A DNA stretch of 64,000 nucleotides from Bacillota bacterium (GTDB lineage: Bacteria; Bacillota; Sulfobacillia; JAMCWA01). A program made the position numbers and the translations under genes. The notes under the pieces were generated by a model. That model had not been told where the DNA came from and did not search any database. It was given only the letters and a program-made list of their open reading frames with translations. The stretch is taken from assembly GCA_023475165.1 (NCBI GenBank), contig JAMCWA010000034.1, positions 31,081-95,080 on the forward strand. Reading direction: 5' to 3'. Below are positions 1-9,026 of this stretch, piece after piece (the stretch's first letter is position 1; each line of letters begins with the position of its first letter).

Positions 1-376
1 AGCGGTTGGCCAGGGAAAAGGCATCCAGTCCCAGACCGGCAAAGGTTTGGGGTGAGGTCGTCCCTTCTATAACCGTCAGGTCAGCCCCCTTGGAGACCCT
101 TTCGAAGCTGTGGAGGACCCTTTCTAGGCTTTCTTCCGGATTACGGTAGCGGGTGAGATAGTAGGCGCTGGTGGTGACCGGTACCAAAACCTCAAGAGGC
201 TCCTTCATCTTAAGGACATGATGCATGAGGATGGCGTCTTCGTCCTCCGGTCGACCGGCCCCAACAGGCTTAAAATAGGCTACCTTCAAGCCCTGTTCCT
301 GGAGCTTCAGGGCTAGCCCCAGGCAGACGGCAGTCTTGCCACTGCCCGCATTTCCCATGACATAAAGGCTCTTCAT
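1..376 (-). CDS. BioD-like/phosphotransacetylase-N-terminal-like domain protein (partial; continues beyond the window start)
   Basis: Minus-strand ORF starting at ATG 376-374, translated as MKSLYVMGNAGSGKTAVCLGLALKLQEQGLKVAYFKPVG... This P-loop/BioD-like fold resembles the N-terminal domain of Pta. The upstream region has a GAGGGGTGAGGG-type SD. The gene sits immediately upstream of acd. Confidence 0.5.
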   Translation of the reverse strand, partial: MKSLYVMGNAGSGKTAVCLGLALKLQEQGLKVAYFKPVGAGRPEDEDAILMHHVLKMKEPLEVLVPVTTSAYYLTRYRNPEESLERVLHSFERVSKGADLTVIEGTTSPQTFAGLGLDAFSLANR

Positions 377-403
377 ATCCCTCACCCCTCATTTTTTGTT
401 AGA

Positions 404-2515
404 CTAAGAGGCAATGGTGATCTTGACATCCAGGGCGGATACCCCTTTCTCATAAGCCAGGAGCGGGTTTATATCCAGTTCTGTAATCTCAGGGAAGTCC
501 CGAACCAGTTGCGCCACTTGGCCGATGGTCTCCACCACACTCTTGACATCGGCGGGGGCATCACCTCGGAAACCCTTGAGCAGGGTAAAGGCCTTGGTTT
601 CCCGGATCATCCGCTCGATCTCCCGTTGTGTCAATCCCTGCGCCAGTCGGAAGGAGACATCCTTAAGCAGGTTGACGTAGATCCCGCCTAAGCCGAACAT
701 AAGCAGCGGCCCGAACTGAACATCACGCTTCATGCCGATGATAAGTTCCCGCCCCCGCGGGACCATCTTCTGAACCTCTATGCCGCAAATCTGGACGTTT
801 CCCAAGTAGTGATGGACATTGTCCAGAATATCCACAAAGGCCCTCTCCACCTCACCAGATGAGTTCAAATTGAGCTTGACACCGCCGACGTCGGTCTTGT
901 GCAGGATCTTCGGCGAGGCCACCTTCAAGACCACAGGATACCCCACCTCTTCGGCGAAGGTGGCCGCCTGTTCCGGGGTAACCGCCAGAGAAGTGGGGGC
1001 AACGGTGATCCCGTAATGAGCCAGGACCTCCGCTCCTTCACTCCCTAGCAAAACCACTCGGTCCAGATCACGGACTTCCCTAAAGATGTCGGCTACGCGT
1101 CTCTTCTCCCCAAGGAAGGAGTATTCCCTTTCCTCTTTGGCCTCAAGCCGGTGCTGGTTGTAACGAACCAAACCGGCCAGGGAACCGATGGCCGGCTCGG
1201 GAAAGGGGAAGCAGGGAATGTTACTGCGAGAAAGCCTCTCGGCGGCCTCCACCACCTTGGTGCCACCCATGAAGGCAGTGACAACGGGTTTATCCGGGAA
1301 ATTCTTTCTAATGTCGATGATGACCCCGGCCACCTTCAAGGGATCCAGGGTGGCGGTCGGCGTCAGGAGCACCAGGACACTGTCGACGCCGGGGTCAGCC
1401 AGGACAGTGTTGAGGGCGAAGGCGTAGCGGCGCTCATCGGCGTCCCCGATAACATCTACCGGGTTATAGACATTGGCCTCAAGGGGGAGGTTTTTCCGAA
1501 GGTTATCCACCGTCTCTTTCGTAAAACGGGCCATCTTCAGATCCTGGTGTTCCACGTTATCGGTAGCGATAATGCCAGGGCCGCCGGAATTGGTAACGAT
1601 GGCTACCCGGTCCCCCTTGGGAATAGGCTGAGTGGCAAAGGCTATGGCCAGGTTGAAAAGCTCTTCCATGCTTCTGGCCCGCAGGATTCCGCTCTGCTTG
1701 AAGGCCGTTTCATAGGCCTGATCGCTGCCGGCTAAGGCCCCGGTATGAGAAGAGGCGGCCTGGGCTCCCGCCTTGCTGGTTCCAGACTTGATGAGGATGA
1801 TCGGTTTTTTCAGGCTGGCTTTTCGGGCCACCTGTACAAACCTCTCCCCTTCCACCACGCTCTCGATGTAGCCCACGATCACCCGGGAGTAGGGATCCTC
1901 AGCCGCATCGGCGATGAAGTCGGCTTCATTCAGGTCGGCCTTATTCCCCAGGCTGACAAACTTACTGAAACCCAATCCCTTTTGCAGGCTCCAATCCAGA
2001 ATAGAGGCGCAAAGGGCGCCGCTCTGCGACAAGAAGGCAATCTCGCCTTTAAGCGGGGAGTTGGCGGAGAAGGAAGCATTGATTGGGGTATAGGTATCCA
2101 TCAGGCCGAGACAATTAGGCCCCAGCATCCGCATCTTGTATTCTTTTACGATCTGGTTCAGCTCTTCTTCCAGTGCGGCACCTTCCTTGCCCACTTCCTT
2201 GAACCCGGCGGTAATGACCACCAGATTCCTTATTCCGGTCCGACCACACTCTTTGGCCACCTCCAGGACCAGGGACACTGGCACAGAAAGGACGGCCAGA
2301 TCCACCACCTCGGGCACCTCGGAGACCTTCTTATAGCAGCGCTTTCCCAGAATTTCCTCTTCCCGGGGGTTGATGGGATACAGATTCCCATGATAACCGC
2401 TGGAGATAATATTATTGACGATGGCGTAACCGATCTTTCCGGGGGTGCGAGAAGCCCCAATGACTGCCACCGAAGTAGGATTAAACAGCTTTTCCAGGTA
2501 GGCCAAGGACGTCAC
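404..2515 (-). CDS. acd: Acetate--CoA ligase (ADP-forming), fused alpha/beta subunits (NDP-forming acetyl-CoA synthetase)
   Basis: Contains a CoA-binding motif (LFNPTSVAVIGAS), succinyl-CoA-synthetase-like and ATP-grasp regions, about 700 aa. The ORF track begins at ATG 2683, but the conserved N-terminus suggests the GTG at 2515, which has a GGATAGAGAG SD. Confidence 0.8.
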   Translation of the reverse strand: MTSLAYLEKLFNPTSVAVIGASRTPGKIGYAIVNNIISSGYHGNLYPINPREEEILGKRCYKKVSEVPEVVDLAVLSVPVSLVLEVAKECGRTGIRNLVVITAGFKEVGKEGAALEEELNQIVKEYKMRMLGPNCLGLMDTYTPINASFSANSPLKGEIAFLSQSGALCASILDWSLQKGLGFSKFVSLGNKADLNEADFIADAAEDPYSRVIVGYIESVVEGERFVQVARKASLKKPIILIKSGTSKAGAQAASSHTGALAGSDQAYETAFKQSGILRARSMEELFNLAIAFATQPIPKGDRVAIVTNSGGPGIIATDNVEHQDLKMARFTKETVDNLRKNLPLEANVYNPVDVIGDADERRYAFALNTVLADPGVDSVLVLLTPTATLDPLKVAGVIIDIRKNFPDKPVVTAFMGGTKVVEAAERLSRSNIPCFPFPEPAIGSLAGLVRYNQHRLEAKEEREYSFLGEKRRVADIFREVRDLDRVVLLGSEGAEVLAHYGITVAPTSLAVTPEQAATFAEEVGYPVVLKVASPKILHKTDVGGVKLNLNSSGEVERAFVDILDNVHHYLGNVQICGIEVQKMVPRGRELIIGMKRDVQFGPLLMFGLGGIYVNLLKDVSFRLAQGLTQREIERMIRETKAFTLLKGFRGDAPADVKSVVETIGQVAQLVRDFPEITELDINPLLAYEKGVSALDVKITIAS

Positions 2516-2703
2516 CTCTCTATCCTGTTTACGAAGGGCCTGGGCGGGTGAGGAAGATGGGGTTTGTACCAAGAAGTATTTTCTAGGTACCAGTCTACCA
2601 CAAGGTCTGCCAGTAGTAAACGGAGCAGGAGAAATTCCTAATATGGCGAGAAGGCGGAACTTTGACAAAGCTCTATGTAACATGATGGGGGCAGGTTAGA
2701 CAC

Positions 2704-3036
2704 CTACCCCATCTGTCCGCGGTTCTGCCCCAACCGCTGCTCGGCCAGGGCGATCATCTTTCGGACCATGTGTCCCCCGATGGCCCCACCCGTTCGGCCG
2801 CCGATTCGTCCCAGTTCCCGGGAGGGCATCTGGGCCCATCCAAGGCGCCGTATTTCATCATCCAGTCCCAGCTCTTGAGCCACCTGCAGCTTGGCTCTGT
2901 CCAGGAATTCCTGGTAAGAAGTCTGATTCAGATCCGGCGCTGCAGGCACCGGCAAAGCAATCTCCCTGACGGTTTCCAGTTTTAAGTTGTGTAATCCCCG
3001 TTCGGCCCCGGATAATAAGGGACGACGCCTGGCCAA
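2704..3036 (-). CDS. Small acid-soluble spore protein, alpha/beta type (N-terminally extended)
   Basis: Motifs KLQVAQELGL... and GRIGGRTGGAIGGHMVRKMIALAEQ match the SASP alpha/beta signature. The strong SD GGGAGGTG (3043-3050) with 6-nt spacing favours the TTG start at 3036 over the ORF-track ATG at 3096. Confidence 0.6.
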   Translation of the reverse strand: MARRRPLLSGAERGLHNLKLETVREIALPVPAAPDLNQTSYQEFLDRAKLQVAQELGLDDEIRRLGWAQMPSRELGRIGGRTGGAIGGHMVRKMIALAEQRLGQNRGQMG

Positions 3037-3183
3037 AGACTTCACCTCCCTTTTCCCTGTTTCCCTTTCTATTTTTTGCATTAGGGGGCATCTCATGCGA
3101 GGTTCTTTCTGGGGAACTGGGCAGGAAAAGTCTTTTTGACGTCGAAATCAATAACGGATTTGTTTCTATCGGGAGGTGCTGGA

Positions 3184-3639
3184 ATGGCCGAAAGACACTC
3201 ATATCAGGAGGCCATTGATATTTTGGGGGTCGCACCTTATACCTTCCGTCAACTTCTAGATGACTACTGCGATCTGGTCTTCTCGGAAGAGGAAAGGGCC
3301 AGTGGGGAGCTAACTGCAGAGCAGCTGGAGACCCTGAAAAAGATAATTCAGCTCCGAGGGGAAGGTAAGGCTAAGGACAAGATCCGCGAATTCCTGTCAG
3401 AATCCCGGACGGATGAACCCCAGGAGGGAAAGGAATCCTTCCTCGTAGAAAAGATGGAACAGCTCGCCCGTGAGCTAAGACGGAGTGAAGACCGCCGGGT
3501 TGAGGACCGGGACAAGCTCTTGACAGCCCTGATGAGAACGCAACAGGAGATCCAACACCTTCGCTATGAATTGTCCCGGCAGACCTCGCGCAAGGAGAGA
3601 AAGAAAAAAGGCTTGTTCTCGCGCCTCTTTGGCCCCTAG
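3184..3639 (+). CDS. Hypothetical coiled-coil protein with possible N-terminal MerR-like HTH
   Basis: ATG 3184 is preceded by GGGAGGTG. The N-terminus (HSYQEAIDILGVAPYTFRQLL) resembles a MerR-type HTH, and the remainder is charged and coiled-coil-like. The TAG stop lies inside repeat copy 1. Confidence 0.4.
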   Translation: MAERHSYQEAIDILGVAPYTFRQLLDDYCDLVFSEEERASGELTAEQLETLKKIIQLRGEGKAKDKIREFLSESRTDEPQEGKESFLVEKMEQLARELRRSEDRRVEDRDKLLTALMRTQQEIQHLRYELSRQTSRKERKKKGLFSRLFGP

Positions 3640-4003
3640 GAGACTGCTGACGAACTGCGTTTTGAGTGGTTAACCCGCCCGGGAAAAGCCGCCATAGTCT
3701 GTGACATTTCTATGGCGGCCGCACTCCTGGCGGCTTTAGCCAAAAGCCGCCATAGTCTGTACTGCGCTTGATCGCGATCGTACTTCTGGCGGCTTTAGCC
3801 CAATCGTAAGGGCGAGACCTCAAATCAGCCCAGATGCTAGGAGCGACCAGGCTCCGAGGCGAGGCATACTAGGTGGTACGTTGAGCGAGGAGCCGCCGGA
3901 GCGACAATCGGCAATAATAACGCCCCTTTAATAAACAGGTTCTTTCTGGCAGATTGCGCCACACCGCAGATGGGTGTTTTTCAGCGGTCTCCTAGGAGAC
4001 TGC
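3636..4003 (+). repeat. Modular intergenic repeat, full-length copy 1 (boxB ... boxA)
   Basis: Starts CTAGGAGACTGCTGACGAACTGCGTTTTGAGTGGTTAACCCGCCCG (boxB) and ends CCGCAGATGGGTGTTTTTCAGCGGTCTCCTAGG (boxA). The termini are imperfect inverted repeats (GGAGACyGCTGA). Internal tandem hairpin subunits (GCCGCCATAG...CTATGGCGGC and CTGGCGGCTTTAGCC, twice). Confidence 0.85.
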
Positions 4004-4030
4004 GATCTACGAAGGGATGAGGAAAGCGGT

Positions 4031-4300
4031 ATGTGTCCACTCTTGACGCCACAACTTCTCTGGGGCCTTGTCCTGGCCCTGTTGTTAATTTTCTTTTCTG
4101 GTTATTTCTTTGACCAGTTGAACAGGAAAGGCTTTCTTTCCGGCCGCCTGGCCACGTGGCTGGATCTACTGGTGGAGGGGAGCGTTTTTTTTGCCCTAAC
4201 TCGGGTTATTCTTAACTTGGATTGGCCAAAAGTATTCGTCGTCCTGGGAATCTATGCCCTGTATGGAGCTTATGTCCTGTATTCGGAAGCAAGAAAATAG
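4031..4300 (+). CDS. Small membrane protein (2 predicted TM helices)
   Basis: The internal ATG at 4031 has a GAGGAAAG SD. The product is hydrophobic (LLWGLVLALLLIFFSGYFF...). The upstream part of the longer ORF lies inside repeat copy 1. Confidence 0.35.
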   Translation: MCPLLTPQLLWGLVLALLLIFFSGYFFDQLNRKGFLSGRLATWLDLLVEGSVFFALTRVILNLDWPKVFVVLGIYALYGAYVLYSEARK

Positions 4301-4318
4301 GGATAAGGACGTGACTTA

Positions 4319-5635
4319 TTGAAGTACCATATTGTTAATTTTGGCTGCCAGATGAACCTGCGGGACGCAGAGGTAATGGCGGGAATACTGGAAAAAGCCG
4401 GCTACGAAAGGGCAGAAGACATGGATGCCGCCGACGTCATCCTCGTCAATACCTGTGCCGTTCGGGATAGTGCTGAGAGGAAGATATATGGACAAATTGG
4501 CACCCTGGCCGAACTGAAGAAGAAAAGGCCGGGTCTGAAGATCGCTGTCACGGGTTGCCTGGCGCAACGCCCGGAGACCCCGGAGAAAATGCTTAATGTG
4601 GCTCCTCATGTCGATCTCCTTTTCGGAACCCATAACCAGCACGAGGTGGCCAATTTATTAGAACGGGTCAACGACAGCCGGGAGATGACGATAGATGTTT
4701 GGGACCAGGAGGGGGCAGTTCTGGAACATCTCCCCAGTCGGCGGGAAGACGGGTTGAAGGCTTGGGTTACCATCATGTACGGTTGTAATAATTTTTGTAC
4801 CTATTGCGTAGTTCCACAGGTCAGAGGACGTGAAAGGAGCCGCAATCCGGAGGGCATCCTGAGGGAAGTTAGAGAACTGGGCGAAAAAGGCTACAAGGAG
4901 ATCACCCTGCTGGGCCAGAATGTCAACTCCTACGGGAAGGATCTGGGCGGGACTTATACCTTCTCGGACTTGTTGCTGGATCTGGACAAGGTCCCCGGGA
5001 TTGAGAGAATCAGGTACATGACCTCCCATCCCCGGGACTTTTCCGACCGGCTGATTGAGGTCATCGCTGCCAGTCGCAAGGTCTGTGAACACTTCCATCT
5101 GCCCATCCAGTCTGGTAGTGACGAGATCCTCCGGCGCATGAACCGCGGTTACTCTCGCGAAAAATATCTGGAACTGACGAAGAAGATCCGGCGCGCCCTT
5201 CCGCAAGCCAGCCTGAGTACGGACATCATCGTTGGTTTCCCAGGAGAGAGGGAGGAGCACTTCCAAGAGACCCTGGAACTGATTCAGGAGGCCAGGTTTG
5301 ACGCTGCCTTTACCTTTATCTTCTCGCCTCGCTCCGGGACCCCCGCCGCCGGCATGCCCGAACAGATCCCCTACGAGGTGAAAAAGGAGCGCCTGGCTCA
5401 ATTGATGGAGGTGCAAAACCAGATCAGCTTGGAGAAAAACAAGGCTATGGTCGGGAAGATTTATGAGGTCCTTTTGGAAGGCCTTTCGCCAAAGAATCCG
5501 GACCGGCTGACGGGCCGAACCCGTACCAACAAGATCGTCCTCTTGTCAGGACCGGGGGAGAAGGTGGGGCAATTGGCTTCCGTCAAGATCCAACGGGCCA
5601 AGACCTGGACCCTGGACGGGGAACTAGAAGGGTAG
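4319..5635 (+). CDS. miaB: tRNA-2-methylthio-N6-dimethylallyladenosine synthase (radical SAM methylthiotransferase)
   Basis: N-terminal MTTase domain (MKYHIVNFGCQMN), a CNNFCTYC radical SAM motif and a C-terminal TRAM domain. TTG start with an AAGGA SD. Confidence 0.9.
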   Translation: MKYHIVNFGCQMNLRDAEVMAGILEKAGYERAEDMDAADVILVNTCAVRDSAERKIYGQIGTLAELKKKRPGLKIAVTGCLAQRPETPEKMLNVAPHVDLLFGTHNQHEVANLLERVNDSREMTIDVWDQEGAVLEHLPSRREDGLKAWVTIMYGCNNFCTYCVVPQVRGRERSRNPEGILREVRELGEKGYKEITLLGQNVNSYGKDLGGTYTFSDLLLDLDKVPGIERIRYMTSHPRDFSDRLIEVIAASRKVCEHFHLPIQSGSDEILRRMNRGYSREKYLELTKKIRRALPQASLSTDIIVGFPGEREEHFQETLELIQEARFDAAFTFIFSPRSGTPAAGMPEQIPYEVKKERLAQLMEVQNQISLEKNKAMVGKIYEVLLEGLSPKNPDRLTGRTRTNKIVLLSGPGEKVGQLASVKIQRAKTWTLDGELEG

Positions 5636-5700
5636 CTGCGGTATAACGCGGGCAACTGGGGGTAAACTCTCCTTGAGAACTTGCCAAAGGAGGGTCCTGC

Positions 5701-6000
5701 ATGGCCTTGATTGAAGTGAAGGTGCTACCGGTGGGAACGCCAACCCCCAGTATTTCCAGCTACATCACCGCCTCCTACCAGGCTCTGGACGAATTCCCCG
5801 ACCTTCGTTACCAGGTTACTCCCACCTCCACTGTCTTAGAGGGAAACCTCGACCAGGCCCTAAGAGCCATCCGACGGATGCACGAGGCCACTTTTCAGGG
5901 GGGAGTGAAAAGGGTCGTGACCACCATCTCCATTGATGACCGGTTGGATAAGGAGTTAGACATGGATGAGGCCGTGGAGGCTGTGGTGGACGAGGTCTGA
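5701..6000 (+). CDS. MTH1187/YkoF-family protein (DUF77, thiamine-binding-like)
   Basis: Family pattern IEVKVLPVG...YQVTPTSTVLEG...GGVKRVVTTISID, with a good SD (AAAGGAGGG). Confidence 0.75.
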   Translation: MALIEVKVLPVGTPTPSISSYITASYQALDEFPDLRYQVTPTSTVLEGNLDQALRAIRRMHEATFQGGVKRVVTTISIDDRLDKELDMDEAVEAVVDEV

Positions 6001-6168
6001 GCCTCTTTGCAGATCCCCAGGCCGCCTTTTGCCGGCGCCCTTTGAACTAGCTGCTTTGTTTCAGGGTAGCATGAAAAGTAAGGTCTTTTCCGATCCAATC
6101 CACTGGGCAGGGTAGCTCTTTGACCCGGTGGATTTTGTTTTTTCGTGGAGAGCCTGGCCTTCCGGCTA

Positions 6169-6177
6169 TGGTATAAT
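6169..6177 (+). promoter_or_regulatory. Extended -10 promoter element (TGgTATAAT) upstream of mutS
   Basis: TATGGTATAATT in the 175-bp miaB/ykoF–mutS gap. Confidence 0.4.
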
Positions 6178-6230
6178 TGGGGACGAGGATTGCCAAAGGC
6201 GACCATGTTTTTGAGGAGGATTTCAATCGC

Positions 6231-9026
6231 TTGGACTCCGCCACCCCCATGCAATCACAATACCTGGCCATAAAGAGGGAACACCAGGACAAGATCCTCT
6301 TTTTCCGGTTGGGCGACTTCTACGAGATGTTTTACGAAGATGCTGAAGTAGCCGCCAGGGAGCTGGAGATCACCTTGACCTCGCGGGAGGGCGGACGAAA
6401 TCAGCGCGTCCCCATGGCGGGTATCCCCTACCATGCCGCCGATTCCTACATTTCCCGACTAATCGAAAAGGGATACAAGATCGCCATTTGTGAGCAGATG
6501 GAGGACCCGCGCTTGGCTAAAGGCCTGGTCCGGCGGGAGGTGGTTCGGATCATCACTCCGGGGACCGCGGTGGATACCCGCCTGCTCGACGATAAAAGCA
6601 GCAACTATCTGGTCAGTCTTGCGGGCTCCAGCCAACTCGTCCCCCGGGAGGGAGCCGTAACCTCGCCAGCCGATGCCGGGCGAACAGGAGCGCCCTCTCT
6701 CGTTGACCGTCCGGGTAGCTTTTCCCCTGACCCCTCGCCGGTTACCAAACCAGTCGTGCCAAGGGATAGTGAGGCTTTCGGCCTGGCCCTGGTGGAAGCC
6801 TCCACCGGGGAATTTGCGGTAACGGAGTTTTCTGGACCGGACGCCCTGAACCGTCTTCTGGAGGAGCTAGGCCGTCTGGAGCCCCGGGAGTGCCTTCTCG
6901 CGCCGACCCTGCAGGGCCACACGCGGCTAAACTCCTTTCTCAAGGAGCAACTGCGCGCCACTGTCACCCCTTACCGCCCGGAGTTTTACGATCCGGCTTT
7001 GGCCCGGCGCAAGCTTCTTGATCAGTTGCAGGTAGTTTCCTTGCGCGGCTTCGGCTGTGATGACCTGCTCTTGGCCATTGCGGCGGCGGGGGCCTTGCTT
7101 CATTACCTGGAGGAAACCCAAAAGACAACCCTGACCCATATCAACCGCCTGCGCACCTATCATCCCGAAGAATACATGGTCTTGGATGCCGCCACCAGGC
7201 GCCATCTGGAGCTAGTGCGTCGTTTTCCCGATGGAGCCAGAAAAGGGAGCCTGCTTTGGGCCCTGGACGAAACGGTGACGGCCATGGGGGGACGCCTTCT
7301 CCGAGAGTGGATCGAGAGGCCCCTGAAGGATCTGGTCAACATCCAGGCCAGACTGCAGAGTGTTCGCCAGTTGGTAGAGGACGCCTTTCTCCGAACGGAT
7401 TTGCGGGACCTCTTCCGTTCGGTGCTCGACCTGGAACGCCTCCTGGGGAAGGTCATTTACGGGACGGCCACACCCCGTGATCTCTTAGCCCTCCGGCAAT
7501 CCTTGTCCGTCTTGCCCAAGATCAAAGGTTTGCTGACTGCTCGGGCAGCAGAAGCTGGAGCCGAAGGGGGACAACCCGATCCTTACTTCCCGGAGCTTTT
7601 GTCCAGGCTGGCCCGGGAAATCGAGCCCCTAACTGACCTGGAGGACTTGATTCAGAGGGCCCTTCGTGAGGATGCCCCTCTGTCCGCGCGGGAAGGAGGG
7701 ATCATTCGGGAAGGCTTTCATTCTGAGGTAGACCGGCTGCGAGAAGCTCAAAGGGAAGGTAAGAATTGGATTGCTGCCCTGGAAGGGCAGGAACGCGAAA
7801 AAACGGGGATCAAGTCTCTCAAGGTGGGGTTTAATAAGGTCTTCGGCTATTATTTGGAGGTGACCAATCCCAACTTGCCCCTGGTGCCCGCTTACTATCT
7901 CCGTAAGCAGACTTTGGCCAACGCCGAGCGCTACATCACTCCGGAATTAAGGGAGAAGGAAGACTTAATCCTCGGGGCGGAGGAGCGCTTGAGCAAATTA
8001 GAATACGAGATCTTTTCCCAGCTGCGCGAACAGGTAGCCGGTCGGGCCGCCCCGATTCAAGCCAGCGCCCGGGCCATCGCTCAATTGGATGCACTGGCTT
8101 CCCTGGCTGAGGTGAGCCGACGTCATGATTACCAGGAACCCAGTCTGACTCAGGATAGTGTTATTCTTCTGAAGGAAGCTCGCCATCCTGTCCTAGAGAG
8201 GATCTTGCCGACGGGAACCTTTGTTCCCAATGATGTATTCATTGACGGGGAGGAAGACCGTGTCCTGATCATCACCGGACCCAATATGGGCGGCAAGTCC
8301 ACCTACATGCGTCAGACCGCTCTGAACGTCCTTCTGGCCCAGATGGGTTGCTTCGTTCCGGCGCGGGAGGCGCGCATCGGTTTGGTGGATCGGCTCTTCA
8401 CCCGGATCGGGGCCTGGGATGACCTGTCCTCCGGGCAGAGCACCTTCATGGTGGAAATGGCGGAGGTGGCCAACATCCTTAACCATGCCACCTCTCGCAG
8501 TCTGGTGTTGCTGGACGAGATCGGGCGGGGCACCAGTACCTTTGACGGGTTGGCCATCGCCTGGGCGGTGGTGGAATACCTGCAAAACAAGGAGCGCCTC
8601 GGAGCCAGGACCCTCCTGGCCACCCACTACCGTGAACTCATCGAGCTGGAGGATCTCCTGGAGGGGGTAAAAAACTACTCGGTGGCGGTCCGAGAAAAAG
8701 GGGAGGAGATGGTATTCCTGCGTCGCGTGGTACGGGGCGGAGCCGACGGCAGTTATGGGATACAGGTGGCCCGCTTGGCTGGTATTCCGGCTCACGTCAT
8801 TGCCCGGGCCAAAGAAATCCTACACACCCTGGAGAACCGGGAGCAGGTCAAGAGAGGTAACCGGCGCCGGTCTGCCCGCAACCAGGCTGGCTACGTCCAA
8901 CTGACCTTCTTTGAACCCCTTTTGGAGCCCGTTCTGGAGGAAATCAGGAGCCTGGATGTGATGAACCTCACCCCGCTGGAGGCCCTGCAAAAGATTCATG
9001 CCTGGCAGGAAAGGTTGAAGAAGTGA
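6231..9026 (+). CDS. mutS: DNA mismatch repair protein MutS
   Basis: TPMQSQYLAIKREH...LFFRLGDFYEMF and a Walker A motif (GPNMGGKST). The ORF-track start at 6177 overlaps an extended -10 (TGgTATAAT, 6169-6177). TTG 6231 sits 10 nt from a GAGGAGGA SD, and ATG 6252 is an alternative. The connector region carries a roughly 50-aa P/S-rich insertion at about 6627-6780. Confidence 0.88.
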   Translation: MDSATPMQSQYLAIKREHQDKILFFRLGDFYEMFYEDAEVAARELEITLTSREGGRNQRVPMAGIPYHAADSYISRLIEKGYKIAICEQMEDPRLAKGLVRREVVRIITPGTAVDTRLLDDKSSNYLVSLAGSSQLVPREGAVTSPADAGRTGAPSLVDRPGSFSPDPSPVTKPVVPRDSEAFGLALVEASTGEFAVTEFSGPDALNRLLEELGRLEPRECLLAPTLQGHTRLNSFLKEQLRATVTPYRPEFYDPALARRKLLDQLQVVSLRGFGCDDLLLAIAAAGALLHYLEETQKTTLTHINRLRTYHPEEYMVLDAATRRHLELVRRFPDGARKGSLLWALDETVTAMGGRLLREWIERPLKDLVNIQARLQSVRQLVEDAFLRTDLRDLFRSVLDLERLLGKVIYGTATPRDLLALRQSLSVLPKIKGLLTARAAEAGAEGGQPDPYFPELLSRLAREIEPLTDLEDLIQRALREDAPLSAREGGIIREGFHSEVDRLREAQREGKNWIAALEGQEREKTGIKSLKVGFNKVFGYYLEVTNPNLPLVPAYYLRKQTLANAERYITPELREKEDLILGAEERLSKLEYEIFSQLREQVAGRAAPIQASARAIAQLDALASLAEVSRRHDYQEPSLTQDSVILLKEARHPVLERILPTGTFVPNDVFIDGEEDRVLIITGPNMGGKSTYMRQTALNVLLAQMGCFVPAREARIGLVDRLFTRIGAWDDLSSGQSTFMVEMAEVANILNHATSRSLVLLDEIGRGTSTFDGLAIAWAVVEYLQNKERLGARTLLATHYRELIELEDLLEGVKNYSVAVREKGEEMVFLRRVVRGGADGSYGIQVARLAGIPAHVIARAKEILHTLENREQVKRGNRRRSARNQAGYVQLTFFEPLLEPVLEEIRSLDVMNLTPLEALQKIHAWQERLKK

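Noticed and set aside
1151-2551. Two + strand ORFs (194 and 268 aa) inside acd
   Set aside because: Antisense to the conserved Acd coding sequence. Gly/Arg-rich nonsense translations.
8193-8795. Minus-strand ORFs inside mutS and mutL
   Set aside because: Antisense to conserved coding regions.
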